Shown: piece after piece, positions 1 through 11,480 of the stretch
Numbering within the stretch: the stretch's first letter is position 1
How the letters are laid out: every line of letters begins with the position of its first letter
Made by a program: the position numbers and the translations under genes
The notes under the pieces: model-generated
Seen by the model: only the letters and a program-made list of their open reading frames with translations
The model's database searches: none
What the model was told of the DNA's origin: nothing
Origin: Okamejei kenojei
Taxonomy: Eukaryota
Assembly (NCBI GenBank): GCA_035221665.1
Contig: CM069145.1
Location: 32,612,001-32,676,000, forward strand
Length of the DNA stretch: 64,000 nucleotides
Reading direction: 5' to 3'

Positions 1-3000
1 TGGTTATGGCTGCATATTTGCTGTTATGTAAAATTAAAAGGAAGTGAAAACTTTTTAAAAATATTGTCACTCGTACTACCACATTAGTAATTTATTAGAA
101 ATACATATTGACTTTTTTAAATCTTTAAAATTACAGACAATACGTAGCCCAATATCTTATTAGCTACCAGTGATTCTCTAAATAGTGGCTGGTGATAAAT
201 TATGAAACAATAATTTGAAAAATCTTGAGACTTTTATTAATTCATGAAAGGAAATTGGTCTAAAAGTGATGTTTAAATTGAGTTAAATCTTAATAAAGAC
301 TACAAGGGTTTCTGCAGTGTGCTTTGATATTGTAATCCTGAGCACAGATGCTAAATTTTACCTACCTGAAACTCATTATTAATTAATTCATTTTTAATAT
401 AGATTGGATTTAATCATTTGCAAAAAGTGGAAGTATCCCTATTGATGTTAATCTATAATGCAGGTGGCTTGAATTTCACCAACCAGAGTTTAATCTGGCA
501 CTTTGTGCATCGCTAATCAAATCTTCAGTAACAGATGTGAAGAAGCTCAGTGTCAGTATGCACGTTGGAATCTTTAGTTTAATCAAATTACTCAGACGCA
601 AGATAGGTCAACACTGATCATCGTGCTGGTGGAAATTTATATTTCTCAGGCCCGCCCATTCTCTTTGTCTCAATAACAACCGTGCTCTATGCTTTCGCAC
701 GTTAAAGCAGAAATTGTGATGGTACCTGAATAATTTAAGAGTAGTCTATGATGTTGTGTGAATCTGATCAATGTCACCAAGTGGGAAACGTGACCACAGC
801 TGTGCTTGAAAAGTGTGTTCCCTACTTTGTTTTCTTGCTGTGTGTTGAAAAAACAATACTTACAGTGTTCACTTCAGTCCTTCCTGACCTTGCTGCAGGC
901 AGTAGTGTCACCAGCTGCACCAGTTAACATGGTCATCTTTTATTATTTTTTTTAAATGGTTTGACAAGGATGAAGCACATTTCATATAAACTAACATTTC
1001 CCACAGGTGTAGCAGACCTTGTTTGTGTGCCTTGTACTGTTTGTTTATTTAGCTTTTGAAGCAATTGGACTCATTCAATCTGGCACCCAATACCTATCTA
1101 TCTGATTCATCGCCTGCACGGCTCTGCCTATTTTCCTTCATTTCATTGACTTTTCAGGCAGTCAATTAAAGAAATAGATGAGAGGATTTTACTTCTCAAT
1201 TTCTTCCTGTCTATCATGACCTTGTTTCTTTTTTTTTCAAACTTCCTTAGTCCAGTTTCAGTAAATAGTTACTGAGTGCTATGCCACCTGCTAAAGGTAG
1301 TTGAGAAATTAGCTTTTCCTGAAATTACCCTGACCAATGACCTTTACCAACCCACCCTGGGTTTTTGGAAGTCTGTTCCAGCTTTCTGTGTGGCCATTTT
1401 CACTGCTCAATTTCAATGCCGGTGCGTAGCCTTTTAATTATTACATGCAAGTTTAATTCAATAAAGCTTCAACTGAGTCGAGAAACAGTTTATTTCTTTC
1501 ACTGGCTTGTATAGGACACTGCTCTTTACTGAACAAGACTGTTAGCTACTTTCACCACCAATCTTCTGATTTCTTTGTTCTGAAAGGAAAGACAAGATGA
1601 AGAAAAATCTGTGAAATCTGCACCACATACCACACAAGCTCCGATGTCAAAGGTCACTTCTGGAAGCTCGGGATTAGGAAGAGGTAAAATTATATTTTTA
1701 TCCTTAAGCTTTGATTTGTTGAGTTAATTAAGATTTTTTTTTTCATTGGGTCTGTGCAGCTAACAGGTGTTAGCCCTCAAGCATGGTCTCCCGGGCATGC
1801 AGTCTATACAGCAACTTGAGGGCGATATAATTCATTGTAGCCTTGAACGCATACAAATTGGTCGGGAAGACAACTCTTGAAGTTTTTTTCTCCAAGGCCA
1901 GATGACATGGGAACTTGAAATCCATGTCAGAAATCAAAGGAAATTTTTAACTGTCAAAATGCAAAACTTATCAACAACCACTTGACTCTTTTTTAAAGAA
2001 AAGAAGCTTTCTGTATCAGATTTCAATTCAGTCAGGTGGGAGGAACTGTGTCAGAAATTTGCAATACAAAGCAGAAATTGAGAGTGCATCAAAAATATCA
2101 GATGTAACACAAACCAACCTTCATCTCACTTGTCACATCTGCTCTGTCTAATTTAATTTTGAAACCAGAGGAGAAAAGGATCACAAACAATGTGTAGATG
2201 ATAATATTTCAATTTTTTTAATCCTGTCAAGAAAATTAACAGCTGCACGTTGGGTTAAGTGCTCACTCCAAAGCTGATTTGTATGAAACATGATGTATGA
2301 TACAATGAAAAATAATATTTCAAAAACCTAGATCGGCAGAGCCCAATACAATAATATGCTTCCAACCTTCTCACCTGATTCCATTGTTGGGATTAGTACA
2401 GTGAATTTTCTGTGAAGGGATAGCTCTTAAGCTGCGTTGAAGATGTGAAGTACAACAATAATGGTAGCAAAGAAAGGGTACTATGACATTAACTGTCTCA
2501 TTATTTACAGACCTTAAGCCACCCTATTACTTTGACATAAGGTTATCAAGCATTGCCTCAGTGAGTCTGACTCTATTGCTTTCTGTTTACTTTTCAATCC
2601 AAAGGTATGATTGGTGGTTTTTGAAGTGTTGTTCTTTATTATAGTCTTTATTTGTGTCATGTGTGATGTGATTAAAAATTTGAGAGTGGAGAAATGAAAG
2701 TGGATATCTGGTGCTTGCATAATGCCAAGGCACGACAGGTTAAAATGTCATTTGTATTTTATTCACATGAGAAATAAAGAAAGAAAACCATGTTTTTGAA
2801 ATGAGTAGATACCCTAAAAGGTAAAGAAGCTTTGCTTCATCCCAGAAAATAAGGAAATAATGCCACAGTGTAACTTGGGATCATTTTTATCCCCCCAGGT
2901 CTCAGAGTTTTGAAGCGGGAAGCGATGTTTTAATGATTACACCCTTTCATAACAACATGAATAAAACTAAAAATATTGGGACAATGGCAGTGCTGATGAA

Positions 3001-4949
3001 TGAAGTTATTGGATACAGTATATGTTCCTGGTGAAAATGCTTCAGGCATTATATTTCACTTCTGACTCTTTTTCATAAAAAAGCATTGTAGTGGATCCTG
3101 AAGCAATAATTTTATTAGCGCAAGTGAGTTCAGCATGGTCACAACACAAGCATAAAGGATTTTTATTAATTAAAAAAATAATAATAATTCAGCTTCATCA
3201 CCTTTGTAAATAAAATCTACTTTTTTGACAGAAGTGATCTACTCTGTACAGCTCATTCCTGACCCCTCTCTGGCCGGTTCCAAATTGCCTCCATAACCAT
3301 TTAAGTTCCTGTGCAAGTAGTTTTTAATCTAGATTATTACTTTCATTTTATATCTCAAGTGGCATAAACTATAGGGACTTTTAGACTCTCTTGTGGATGC
3401 ATGCATGTGTAGAGTAATGGTATTTGTAATGTACTGCTTAAAAAGTAAAGATCACATTGATGAGATGTACTCCACTGTGTGCCATGCCTATAAAACAAGG
3501 GACATTGAATCATCACAGCATTTATTAAATTTATTGCAAACTTATTTCAAATCATATCAAAATATGTTGAAGGCTATTTCAGTTGCAAGGAAGCCATTGT
3601 TACAATGGAGGTACTTTTACTGCTTGGTAAATAGACAATCCCATATGTTTCAGAATGGAGGTGGAAAAAATGTCTGTGGCTAAATGACCTCACAGCTCAA
3701 GTTACAGGTTCTGCAGGTTATTAACTCCATAAATCTTTTCCATATCCCACTCTGAAACAATTGGCACTCTGTTTTTACTCTTTATAATATTTATTGTATG
3801 CCCCCTTAAACAATATAATAAGCCATATGTTGGAAATATTTGAATAAACCACATTATAGATAATAAAAGATGTGTGCTGCGCAGCACAAGCTGAGACCTT
3901 GCTGGAAATGATAGACTTGTTCAACATGCCGTTGACTCTTAGGAATGGGATCTCTTCATATTTGTCTTTCATTGAAAAATAATTGGGTAAAAGGCCATTG
4001 ACTATATAGCCGGACACCACTGTGGTCAATTTGAGATGAACAGAAGATTAAATATAATGATGGATACTTTCCTGAGCAGGGACTACATTTTTTAGTCATC
4101 TGTTTTTGACTTGCATTAGCATAAGTCGTTGATATACACGTGAGTGCTTGTGGTATTGTTGAGGGGATTGTTTTGTGGCATGGAGCAGGTGCAGCTTAAA
4201 CCATACCATGTCACTCGCGAAGGAGCAGGATTAAGTGAGATATTATGGAACCTGCTAATTTAACCCAGTAGTTTTAGAATTTGTTTTGCTGTTTTCAGTA
4301 TTACCTCATTCGTTTCCCACATATGATGTGGCACTAGCAACATGGCACAGGAAAGTGTTAGGTAGCATATCCGGTTCAACTTCCACGCAATTAAAGAAAA
4401 AACACGTTGCTCTCCGACATGGGTTGTGTCAGCACACCTGTGACGATAATTAACCCATCCAAATTTGGACCATCATTCTGGAAGTATGATCAAAATAAGT
4501 TTAGTTGAAATAATGTTCCATAAAAGGTCGTTATGTAGCATTCAAGATTGCTTGTGGTCTGAAATTTGTTGTAATCATTTTGTGGCATGGATATAAAAGC
4601 ACCTTTAAGCAACACTAAAAAGAAATGCACACACAGAGAAGAATGCTTCATTATGCCCAAACACATTCATAACTTTATTCAGCTGTATCTTGATGTTGCA
4701 GCACCCATGGGCTGCATGAAGCAGAAGATTCTGAATGCTGTAGCAGAGTGTTACATGAGCAGTGGATACAGCAAAGGCTATAGGACCAGACAACATCCTA
4801 GGGTCTCAAACCAAGCTGTTCCAATACAGACTGCCATTTGCCCCAAAATATGGAAGGTTACTCAGAGGTAACACATTCACAAAGAGCAGAATAGATTCTG
4901 CTAAATCATTCTACTCTCAATGATCAGTTAATTCAGGAAAGCCTCATCA

Positions 4950-5300
4950 TCAATTGCCACTTACTCACCAGTAATTTCCTCACTGATGCACAGTTTGGGT
5001 TTTTCCAGGACAATTCAGCTTCACACCAAATCACAGTGTTTGTCTAAGCGTAGGCCAAAGAGCAGAATTCAAGAACAGCAATAATATTAATTTCCTGAAC
5101 ATCAAAGCACCCTGCCAAAATGAAAGTCAAGGGGATATCAAAGGGGAAACATTCCAGTGGCTGGAGTCATAACAGGTGGTTGTAGATGTTGGAGGTTAAT
5201 AATCCAGGCCTGAATAATCCTCAATATCACTGTAGGAGTTCCTCGAGTTATCGTCCACGGTCCAATTGTCTTCAGCAATTTCATCAATGACCTTCCTTCA
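4950..5300 (+). mobile_element. Old CR1-type LINE reverse transcriptase fragment (twin ~54200-54560)
   Basis: Degenerate reading QFGF... and NITVGVPRVIVHGPIVFSNFINDLPS resembles the CR1 RT motif GVPQGSVLGP..F..FINDL; frameshifted. Confidence 0.7.
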
Positions 5301-5934
5301 GAGGAAGGGCATGTATTGATGGACCTTGCCTTACCACTGTATGTGTCTGGCAAACATCCTGCATACAGGATGTCCTCAAGACTCATTCAGCCCCAGGATA
5401 TCATCTTAAATCAGATATTTAAAGGCAAATGTAAAAATACTTTTGTTTTTGGTGGAACTCTAATGAAGGGCACCATTATTTAGTACTATTGCTCGATCTT
5501 TTGCTCTTCACTCCTTACTTGTTCAATATGATCTCAGTAGGTGAAAGTGAGGAAAAGTGGTAGAACAACATTGAACATAAAAGAAGTACAACACAGACAC
5601 AGGCCCTTTGCCCCACATGTCTGCCCTGATCATAATGTCAAATTAAACTAAATAATGTGCCTGCACGTGGTTTGTATCCTGTAGTATAACCCAGGCAGTA
5701 ACTAGTCTTCCCTTTGCCATTGTACATAACACCATGGCCTCGTCATGTAGAGTAATGGAGTCAAGGAGTCACAGGGAAACAGGCCACTCAAGCTCACCAC
5801 ATCCATGCTGACCAGTGAGCACCCACCTGTAATAATCCCATTTTTCCAACACTTGTCTGATGGCTATCTATGTCCAAGCAATTCAAGTGCTCATCCAATT
5901 CAACAAAAATAGGAGATGCAACAACTACCCTTTC

Positions 5935-6265
5935 ACCCTTTTCCACCATTCAGGGCCTAAATAAACCTTCTGGATGTGGCAGAATTTCATTGCACTTCTT
6001 CTGTGTACTCTTTTCATTGTCCTCTCCAGCAGAGAAAAACAAACACAGATTGGATGGTCGCTTTGTGGAGCACCTGCCTTCGAGCTACAGGAACAACCTG
6101 AGCCTCCTGTTGCTTGCCACTTTAATACTACCCCCCACCCTTTCCCACTCTGGCTCTTCTGACGTGTTCAAAAGTGGTCCAATGACAGACTAAAAAGCAG
6201 TATCTCATATTCCAAGGAGCCACATTGCAACCTTATGAATTTAACATTGAATTGTACAACATAAT
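5935..6265 (+). mobile_element. Penelope-like element GIY-YIG endonuclease C-terminal remnant (twin ~55190-55515)
   Basis: Frame-broken peptides TIQG, KHRLDGRFVEHL, PEPPVACHFN and KQYLIFQGATLQPYEFNIE match the PLE endonuclease pattern ..TKRRLGDRF.EH..PVA.HFN..EQ.LI..L.TLQP.GLN. Confidence 0.8.
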
Positions 6266-6374
6266 GTAATCTACTTTATGTCAGAATGGACCATGTCAAA
6301 CTATCTGCATCTTAGTTTGACAGAGATGACTGAATATGTCCTTAATACATTAGAACAGTACAGCACAACAAACA

Positions 6375-7096
6375 GGGTGGCGCCATCAGCAGTGGCTGCT
6401 CCGCCAACAGTCTGTCTGTCCTTTCTTCTTTTTTGTTATTTTTCATATGTGTTAAAGACTAGGTTTAGTGTTCCTTGGTTTGTTTTATGTGGGGGAGGGG
6501 GGGGGGGGGGTTTGTGGGAACCTTTTTTTCAATCTCTTACCTCGATGGAGATGCAATTACCGTCCATATTGTATCTCCATCCCTACTGCGGCCTAACATC
6601 GTGGTGTTGACAACCTTTCCTGGAGACCGAGCCGGCGCTCCAAGCCGCGGGAGTCTGCGGGACTTTAACATTGCGGAGCTTGCGATCCATTTGCCAGGGA
6701 TTAAAGTTCCAACCGCGGGGCCTGTGGACTTTGACATCGTGAAGTCTGAGGTCTCTGGTAAGAAGAGGCCGACTCGGGAGCTCCATGCCGCGGAGAGAGT
6801 TTCAACTGCCCCAACGCGGGAGTTTCGATCACCCCAACGGGTACTCCGATTGTCGGCCGCAGGGACTTTGATCGCCCTGACTGCGGAGGGTTTGACTGTC
6901 TCGACCTCGGGAGAACAAGAGGAAGAAGTTTGAATTTTATTGCCTTCCATCACAATGAGGAATGTGGAATCCTCTGTGGTGGAGGTTTATGTTAACTTTT
7001 ATTTGGTTGTGTGACTTTTCACTTAGCTTTTCACTTAGTATGGATGTATGGTAACTTAAATTTCACTGTACCATAATTGGTACATGCGACAATAAA
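6375..7096 (+). mobile_element. CpG-rich ~720-bp non-autonomous retroposon with LINE-type 3' tail (twin 55626-56341)
   Basis: T-rich tract and G-run, then a GC-rich body with degenerate internal repeats, ending ttcactgtaccataattggtacatgcgacaataaa. Shares blocks (ggcgctccaagccgcgg; tgaggaatg..tgtggtgga) with 39515-40305. Confidence 0.75.
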
Positions 7097-7430
7097 GTGA
7101 TGCCAAGACTATCACTCATCTACCTGCACATTCTATCATTAATTTAAGCAACATTTATTTTCCTTGTGGATTTCATCATTTCTAACTTTAGCCTTAAATT
7201 TTAGTTTGATCTTGACGGAAGGGTCCACTGTTCTCAGATGCCAGCACATGCCCAAACTTACCTGGTCCACGTGTAGAGATAGTATCTTGCTGACCAACAG
7301 TGATAATGCTGCTGCAAGAACTCCAATCATTTACTGAGGAAGCCCTGCCTGCCCCAATATTAGATTTAATAGCCTGCAAAGCTGTTTTCTGGCTTTGCCA
7401 GCTATCAAAACTGTGAAGTCTTAATAAACT

Positions 7431-7685
7431 TTAGAGATAAAGTGCAGAAACAGTCCCTTCGGCCCATTGAGTACACACCGACTAGTGATCACTAGCGTAC
7501 ACCAATATTATCCTACATACTCTAGAGATAATTTTTACTGAAGCCAATTAATCTACACACCTGCACGTCTTTGGAATGTGGGACGAAACCCACGCGGTCA
7601 CAGGGAGAATGTATAAACTCTGTACAGACAACACCCATAGTCAGGATTGAACCCGGGTCTCTGGCACTGTAACTGCTGCACCACC
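7431..7685 (-). mobile_element. tRNA-derived HE1/V-SINE (twin ~56674-56942)
   Basis: Minus strand has a B-box (gggttcaatcc), a V-domain-like gagtttatacattctccctgtgaccgcgtgggttt and a CR1-like 3' tail (cccttcggccc on +). Confidence 0.85.
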
Positions 7686-7928
7686 CCTTTACTTTAAAAG
7701 TCTTTTAAATTAAATAATGAATGGGAAAAATGTAAACTAAATTTAACATAAATTAAATGCATCTTTTAAAAACACGGAGCGGTACTTGACCTTGCTTTAT
7801 TGCTTCAAAACACTGTGATCCACTTAGAAATTAATGGGGTCAAGGATTTTGCACGAGATCTGATCTGGGACAGGATCCAAGCATGAATATTCCTTCCACA
7901 AATGCTGGGATTTTCAACAAGGCATGTT

Positions 7929-8041
7929 GAAAACTGAATAAAGAAAATAGACTATATTGCTGGTCTTTTCGTGAAGCCAAACTTATTGTTTGGCTTCACG
8001 AAACGGCCAGCAATATAGTCTATTTTCTTTATTCAGTTTTC
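7929..8041. repeat. Near-perfect palindrome/hairpin, 54-bp arms, 5-nt loop
   Basis: Arms 7929-7982 and 7988-8041 are reverse complements with 2 mismatches; loop ttatt. Confidence 0.95.
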
Positions 8042-9430
8042 CAAGGCCAGCAGCTCAAGATTTTCTCACACCACGACTACATTCGGTTTGAGAGATTTCA
8101 CGCCCAAATTGTTCTGGTCAGTTGGCATCCATACTAAATTATTATTATTTTTTGCTTCAGTGCAAATGGTGCAGCATATTTGGTTTATAGGATACTTAAT
8201 GAAAACATTTCTGTGACAATGTCAATGCATTAACCTATGCCTTGTGACATGACCAGGTAATGGCCTTTGCTTAGTTGCTCACTGACTTCAATTAGCAGGA
8301 AATAGTAACAAGCAGTTTCTCACACACCACACGTCCGCAGCCAATCGTAATTTTCTTCTTGGTCCAAGGGGATAATAAAAATAGACACTAACAGATGTAC
8401 CATATGCTTTAAATCATCATTTAATTAGGCAATAATAAATGGAACGACAAACCGTACACAGATTGGGGTTTTACCACCCCAGGGATTGTTTTGGCATAAC
8501 GCAGCTGAGAGCTGAAGCAATTGCTGATGTGGCAGAAGCTCAGCTACACCTACTCTTGGTTGTTTATTATTGTCATTTGTTCACCAGGTTTCTTCATCAT
8601 ATCCTGACGCCATTTTAATGGAGTAAATTAATCAGAATTTAAGCTGTAAATTACAGCAGCCTTATCAAAGACTTCAACTAGGAACTTGTCACATCCTCAA
8701 TGTACAGATAGAGTGTGCATTTAGTAATTATAAGGGTAGGCTCAGTGTCACTACATTTTCTAATACTGACCCAACTAACAGGGTTCATTTTTAAGGCCAC
8801 TATGGTTGAAGTCTATCTACAAATATTGTCTTTTTTAATGCCATCCCTGGACATAACTTTCCTTGGCATTTATGCTTCATCAGGAAGAATCAACCAATGT
8901 ACCTACAACTCTTTACTAGTCAGTGACCTCTACTGAATCATGCAGTTGGGTGGAATTGATGAAAGTAAGGTTAAATTAGCTGTAGATGCAGCCCCTTGCC
9001 TACCCTGCCCATTGCCACCAAATCTAAAATTATTCACAAAGACAACTTGTAGGGTCTCAGGTTGATATCTAATGTGGACAGTCCCACCACAAATGTCGTA
9101 GCACTCCCTCTGTCCATCTTTTTCCCAGTGATTTGGAGATGAGAGTGTTAGCAATTAAGGCAATGCTCACATCTGTGGACTAATCATTCCCATAGTAAGC
9201 TACCCCAGCAAGAGTCAGAAGGTAAGATATATATCTCAGAGATAGGAATTCCAGCCTAAGGAGGCTCTCTTTAACCTGGTTGGATGTAGAGTCTTTCAAT
9301 TGTACCACTCGGAAGCTTGCCATACTGTGGGGTTGCAGGTGGCCTACACAATTTATAGCAAAGGAAATATTTTTCCTTAAAATTTTACAGTCTTATCTTT
9401 TGGTATTGGCACACCCAGTTTTACTGGAGA

Positions 9431-9692
9431 CACAAAGAATTGCAGATTCTGGAATCTTGGATGGAAGATAAAATACTGGAGTAAGTCAGCAGGTCAGGAA
9501 GCATCTCTAGAGTACATGGAAAGGTGACATTTCTGTTCAGGACACGTCTTCAGGCTCGGCCTTTGGGCCTGGAACCTTCCTCACCCTCTTCTTCTGATTC
9601 TGAAGAAGGGTCCTGATGTGAAATGTCACCTGTCCATGTCCTCCAGAGATGCTGCCTGACCTGCTGAGTAACTCCAGCACTTTTGTTCTACA
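9431..9692. mobile_element. Inverted pair of Penelope-like pseudo-LTR fragments with degenerate hammerhead motif (twin ~58691-58952)
   Basis: ctggagtaagtcagcaggtcaggaagcatctc mirrored by gagatgctgcctgacctgctgagtaactccagca; ctgaagaagggtcctgatgtgaaatgtc at 9600. Confidence 0.75.
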
Positions 9693-9949
9693 TGATTTAA
9701 CTGTCTGGAGACCCATAGTCTTCCTGCTCAGTGACTATTAAATGCCACAATCATTTAAATGAAGAATGTCAGTTTTCCACATGCATAGTTTATAAATTCA
9801 AAAATTATCGGAGCTGAAATCTGGCCTTTTGGCCCATCAATTCTACTCCACTATTCAATCATGGTTGATCTATCTTTCCCTTTCAATACTTTGCACCTTT
9901 GCACCATTGCAACGATGGCTCAATTCTAACACAGCTCTAGGTCAAATAA

Positions 9950-10265
9950 TTCTGGGTTCATCACTGCAGGAACCTCAATCTCAGATGCAGTCTAATGCAG
10001 TATTGAGATAATTCCACATTGTTGGAGGTACAGTTGTTTGAATTAGATGTTAAACATAGATATGTCTGCTCACTCAGATTAACCTGTAAAGGATCCCGTG
10101 GTCTAATTACCACTCAATCAGTGTTACCAAATTGCACCATTGCTGTTTGGAAGATATTGTGCAAGGAAACTGGCTACTTTGTGTTCAACATTACAACTAC
10201 AGCTGAATTCCAAATAGTACTTCATTAGCACTTTGGAATATCCTGATGGTATAATAAGAGATGAA
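9950..10265 (+). mobile_element. Ancient Deu-domain SINE (SacSINE/AmnSINE-like), degenerate (twin ~59210-59525)
   Basis: agatgttaaac..gtctgc..tgtaaaggatcccgtgg and cattgctgtttgg..acattacaac..tacttcattagcactttgg resemble the Deu-SINE core and 3' region as I recall them. Confidence 0.6.
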
Positions 10266-10616
10266 TGAATTACATCGGTATAATATGGGAGAGGGCCGGT
10301 GCAGAAAATCACACAGGAAACAAAATGGGACCAAGGGTAGGGTCCCTCAAAGCATTATTTGGAATAAAAGAAATTCAAGCAAACCACTCTTGCAGTAGGT
10401 GTAAAAGTAATTGTAAAAGTGTTTGTTTCTTTGTAATACTCATTGCTGTTGTTATAAACAAAGGACTACGTTAAGCAATCTGAAATAATGGTGTACAGGT
10501 GTAATTCAATTAAAAAATATATATAACTGGCTGTCATTTTAGTTACTTATAATAAATAAATACTCGTACAAAAATGTTAGTGAGTTGTTGGGAATAAAAG
10601 TGGGCAACTGGTTACC

Positions 10617-10635
10617 AGATACCACCTAGTGGACA
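10617..10635 (-). promoter_or_regulatory. Candidate CTCF site (twin 59877-59895)
   Basis: Minus strand TGTCCACTAGGTGGTATCT matches the CTCF core CCASYAGRKGGCA with one mismatch. Confidence 0.4.
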
Positions 10636-10762
10636 CAAAGGAATATATTCACCTGCTGCCTGGCGCATGGGTAGGATGTGAGTACTTGTGAAGTGCATCA
10701 CACTGAAGAATACTAACATTCGCAGAATTGCTTTGAACTGCTCATGTTTCATTTATGCACAG

Positions 10763-10956
10763 GTGCAAATCCTTCATCATTAACTGAGGCGGAGGGCCAA
10801 GGAGGATGAAACCCTGCACAAAGCTTTCTTGGATGCCTTTCCCGCAAATGATGTTGTATTGAACAAGTATTCCGCTATGCTTTACATCTCAGCAACGGTG
10901 GCGTCACCTACGAAGAAGTCAATGAAGCCACAGTGTGTTTGAACTGTGCAGAGAAG
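10763..10956 (+). other. Twin of the candidate exon at 60023-60216, with compensating +1/-1 indels
   Basis: Same sequence as 60023-60216 but with an extra G at ~10801, a missing C at ~10890 and a synonymous GGT/GGC difference. Confidence 0.35.
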
Positions 10957-11480
10957 GCAAGCACGAAATTAATCAATTGTTATGTGTAGCAGTGGAATGA
11001 TATTTTGTGTTGAAACAAATAATATATAATTGGGTATAAAGTTTGTCAACAGGTCAGAAACATAGAGCGAGGCAGGAGGATCTCTGGCATTTCTTTAAGA
11101 CCCAGTTTTTTTCATACACCTTGCAGGCCCATCAAGCTGCCCTGACAAGAATTGACAACATAAGGCTGTGAAGCATTGGCTCTCTAAACTGCATTATTGA
11201 AGCAAGGAAGAAGTCACAGTTTATTTCACTTTGAAATAATCCTTCCCTCTTCTTGTGGCTGGCATATGACCGACCTCAATACGTACTCTAGGGGAGGGCA
11301 TGGTACAGAGCCGCACAGTCCAGGAATTCCCAAGATTTCCTCTTCAGTCTTTGCTATTAATCAGCCTCAGTCAGCTGTATCTAAAGTAGGAAAAGGGAAA
11401 ACTGGTCCGGTCTCATGGTCCTGATCGCTATCTTATTAACCCTCCTGGTAACTCAGAACACAGAAGAGTACAGCAAAGGA

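Noticed and set aside
6535-6560. cttacctcgatggagatgc resembling the U1 snRNA 5' end
   Set aside because: Short match, internal to the element, and not kept in the related copy at ~39630 (cacttcctcgactgagagg).
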